NCBI GenBank assembly: GCA_012862495.1
Contig: BLSG01000081.1
Span: 169,186 to 190,259, forward strand
Source of the DNA: Thraustochytrium aureum
Lineage: Eukaryota
Length of the DNA stretch: 21,074 nt
Direction of reading: 5' to 3'
Each line of letters begins with the position of its first letter. Position 1 is the first letter of the stretch. A program made the translations under genes and the position numbers. Positions 19,727 to 21,074 of this stretch are shown here, piece by piece. A model generated the notes under the pieces. That model did not search any database, was not told the origin of the DNA, and saw only the letters and a program-made list of their open reading frames with translations.

Positions 19727-19771
19727 CTGCCGCTGCCGCTGCCGCCGCCGCTGCTGCTGCTGCTGCTGCTG
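19727..19771. repeat. Compound (CTG/CCG)n trinucleotide microsatellite upstream of threonine synthase
   Basis: ctgccgctgccgctgccgccgccg followed by (ctg)7. Confidence 0.85.
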
Positions 19772-19980
19772 GTGTCCGGGGCCTTGCTTGCAAGCGGCCT
19801 GCCTGCTCGAGCGAGCTCCAGCAATCGCTCTCGCGACGCCTGCCTACTCGTCACAGAGTACTGTGCTCGGAGCCTATTCCTCACAGCGAAAGCACAGTCT
19901 CGGTTGGCAAGTCGTTCAGCCTGGACATCGAGCCCGGAGAGCTCAGGCACGCACGCACCGGCGCAGGGCTCGGACAAGAA

Positions 19981-20040
19981 CCATCAGGCCGCATCGGAGG
20001 GCTCGCGTGGGGCGTCCACCTCCACCAGGCCGCATCGGAG
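19981..20040. repeat. 19-bp direct repeat pair CCAYCAGGCCGCATCGGAG
   Basis: Copies at 19981-19999 and 20022-20040 with one mismatch and a 22-bp spacer. Confidence 0.75.
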
Positions 20041-21074
20041 CTCGTCGCTCATCGAACCATGTCCGGGGCCGGCCTCTTCCTCCGTGCTTGCTCGGACTTG
20101 TTACCAACACCTTGAGTACCTACTTGTTCGGTGCGTCGCCTCCGAGGGTGCGCGCGAGTTTACACGACCGCTACCTCGGGCCATCTTGGCGTGTTTCCCC
20201 GCGGTGGCCTGGCACTCGTGGCTCCTCTCGCGTCGCACACAAGTCCGCTTTCGCCTGCTCCGCGCCGATGAGCGCGCCAAGGAGAAAGCAGCGCGAGGCG
20301 GATGGAGCGGGTGACGTGGAGTGCGCTAGGTGCGGGCGCACACCTCGGTTGTTTCTCCGCGACTCGGGTGCGCACCTTAGGAGAAGGTATGGCGTAAAAT
20401 GTGAGGAGTTGAGAAGAGATACAGAACAGAAGCGCTCTGTGGACACAGCTTGGAGCTGTCGGAGCACACTCGCGGCGCTCGGCAGACCAGCTCGCTCACT
20501 CCAATCAGCGCAACGCCAGCGTTTGGAGCTCGCTTTCCTCAGCGCCATCGCAGCGCGCGGCTTGGTGACACGTGGGTGTACTGTCAGCCAGCCCGCTGCG
20601 GCCGCGAAGTTGTGGCGAGGTAGGTAGGTAGGAGAGCCGCGATTGCAGCGCATGCACAAAGCGAATTGGGGTCAAGTCTGCGCCGGCCGGCGCGACCTCC
20701 TACCTCGCGCGTTGTGAGGCGGCGCGTCGCGCCAAGCCCGGCCGCCGTGAGAGGGCCGCGATTTGCTGCCTACTCTTTCCCGCCAGCGCTCGACGATTCG
20801 ACTCCAACTCGCCGACATTTCTGGCACGGCCCCAACAGCATCTCTCGGCAGAGCTGCAGCCGCTGCGCCAGCAGCAAGTTCGCATCGACGCCCGCCAAGC
20901 GCTGGAGCCCCCCGGAGCGGATCGCGCCTCGAACGGGACTCGGCCCGAGGGAGTGGAGAAGGGTGACGCGTGGCTGTAGCGACGCGGCGACGCAGTGGGC
21001 TCGCCCCTCGAGCGGTCGGCTTGAGCCACACGCCTCCCGGACGTACGCGACGGGGACNCGGCGCGGCCGGACGA

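Noticed and set aside
19686..21074. ORFs 19686..20627 (+), 20171..20659 (-) and 20672..21031 (-)
   Set aside because: No recognisable domains. Composition reflects GC-rich non-coding DNA and microsatellite translation (poly-C/A/S).

Overview
GC-rich, gene-dense, intron-poor EUKARYOTIC draft scaffold with six N-gaps (2018-2316, 8238-9004, 10866-11198, 13123-13445, 15613-16193, 17596-18267). It is not prokaryotic: there are two GT-AG introns with CTAAC branch points, RPB5, and a TMEM145-like gene. A protist such as a stramenopile/thraustochytrid is my guess and cannot be confirmed here. Seven protein genes are supportable, left to right: a soluble-adenylyl-cyclase-like class III cyclase plus STAND NTPase (+); a TMEM145/GPR180-family 7TM protein (-); a tail-anchored TPR protein (+); a very long coiled-coil protein (-); a PHAF1/UPF0183 protein (-); RPB5 (-); and threonine synthase (-). 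Five of the seven genes carry single-base frameshifts (8 in total), mostly in homopolymers and best explained as sequencing error. I found no convincing novel multi-gene system, CRISPR array, RNA gene or mobile element. The most interesting items are protein architectures (a cyclase-STAND with only one visible catalytic half and no TPR tail, a 'TPYG' beta-domain-TPR-TM protein, a threonine synthase with an N-terminal hydrophobic anchor) and a repeat-rich promoter region.
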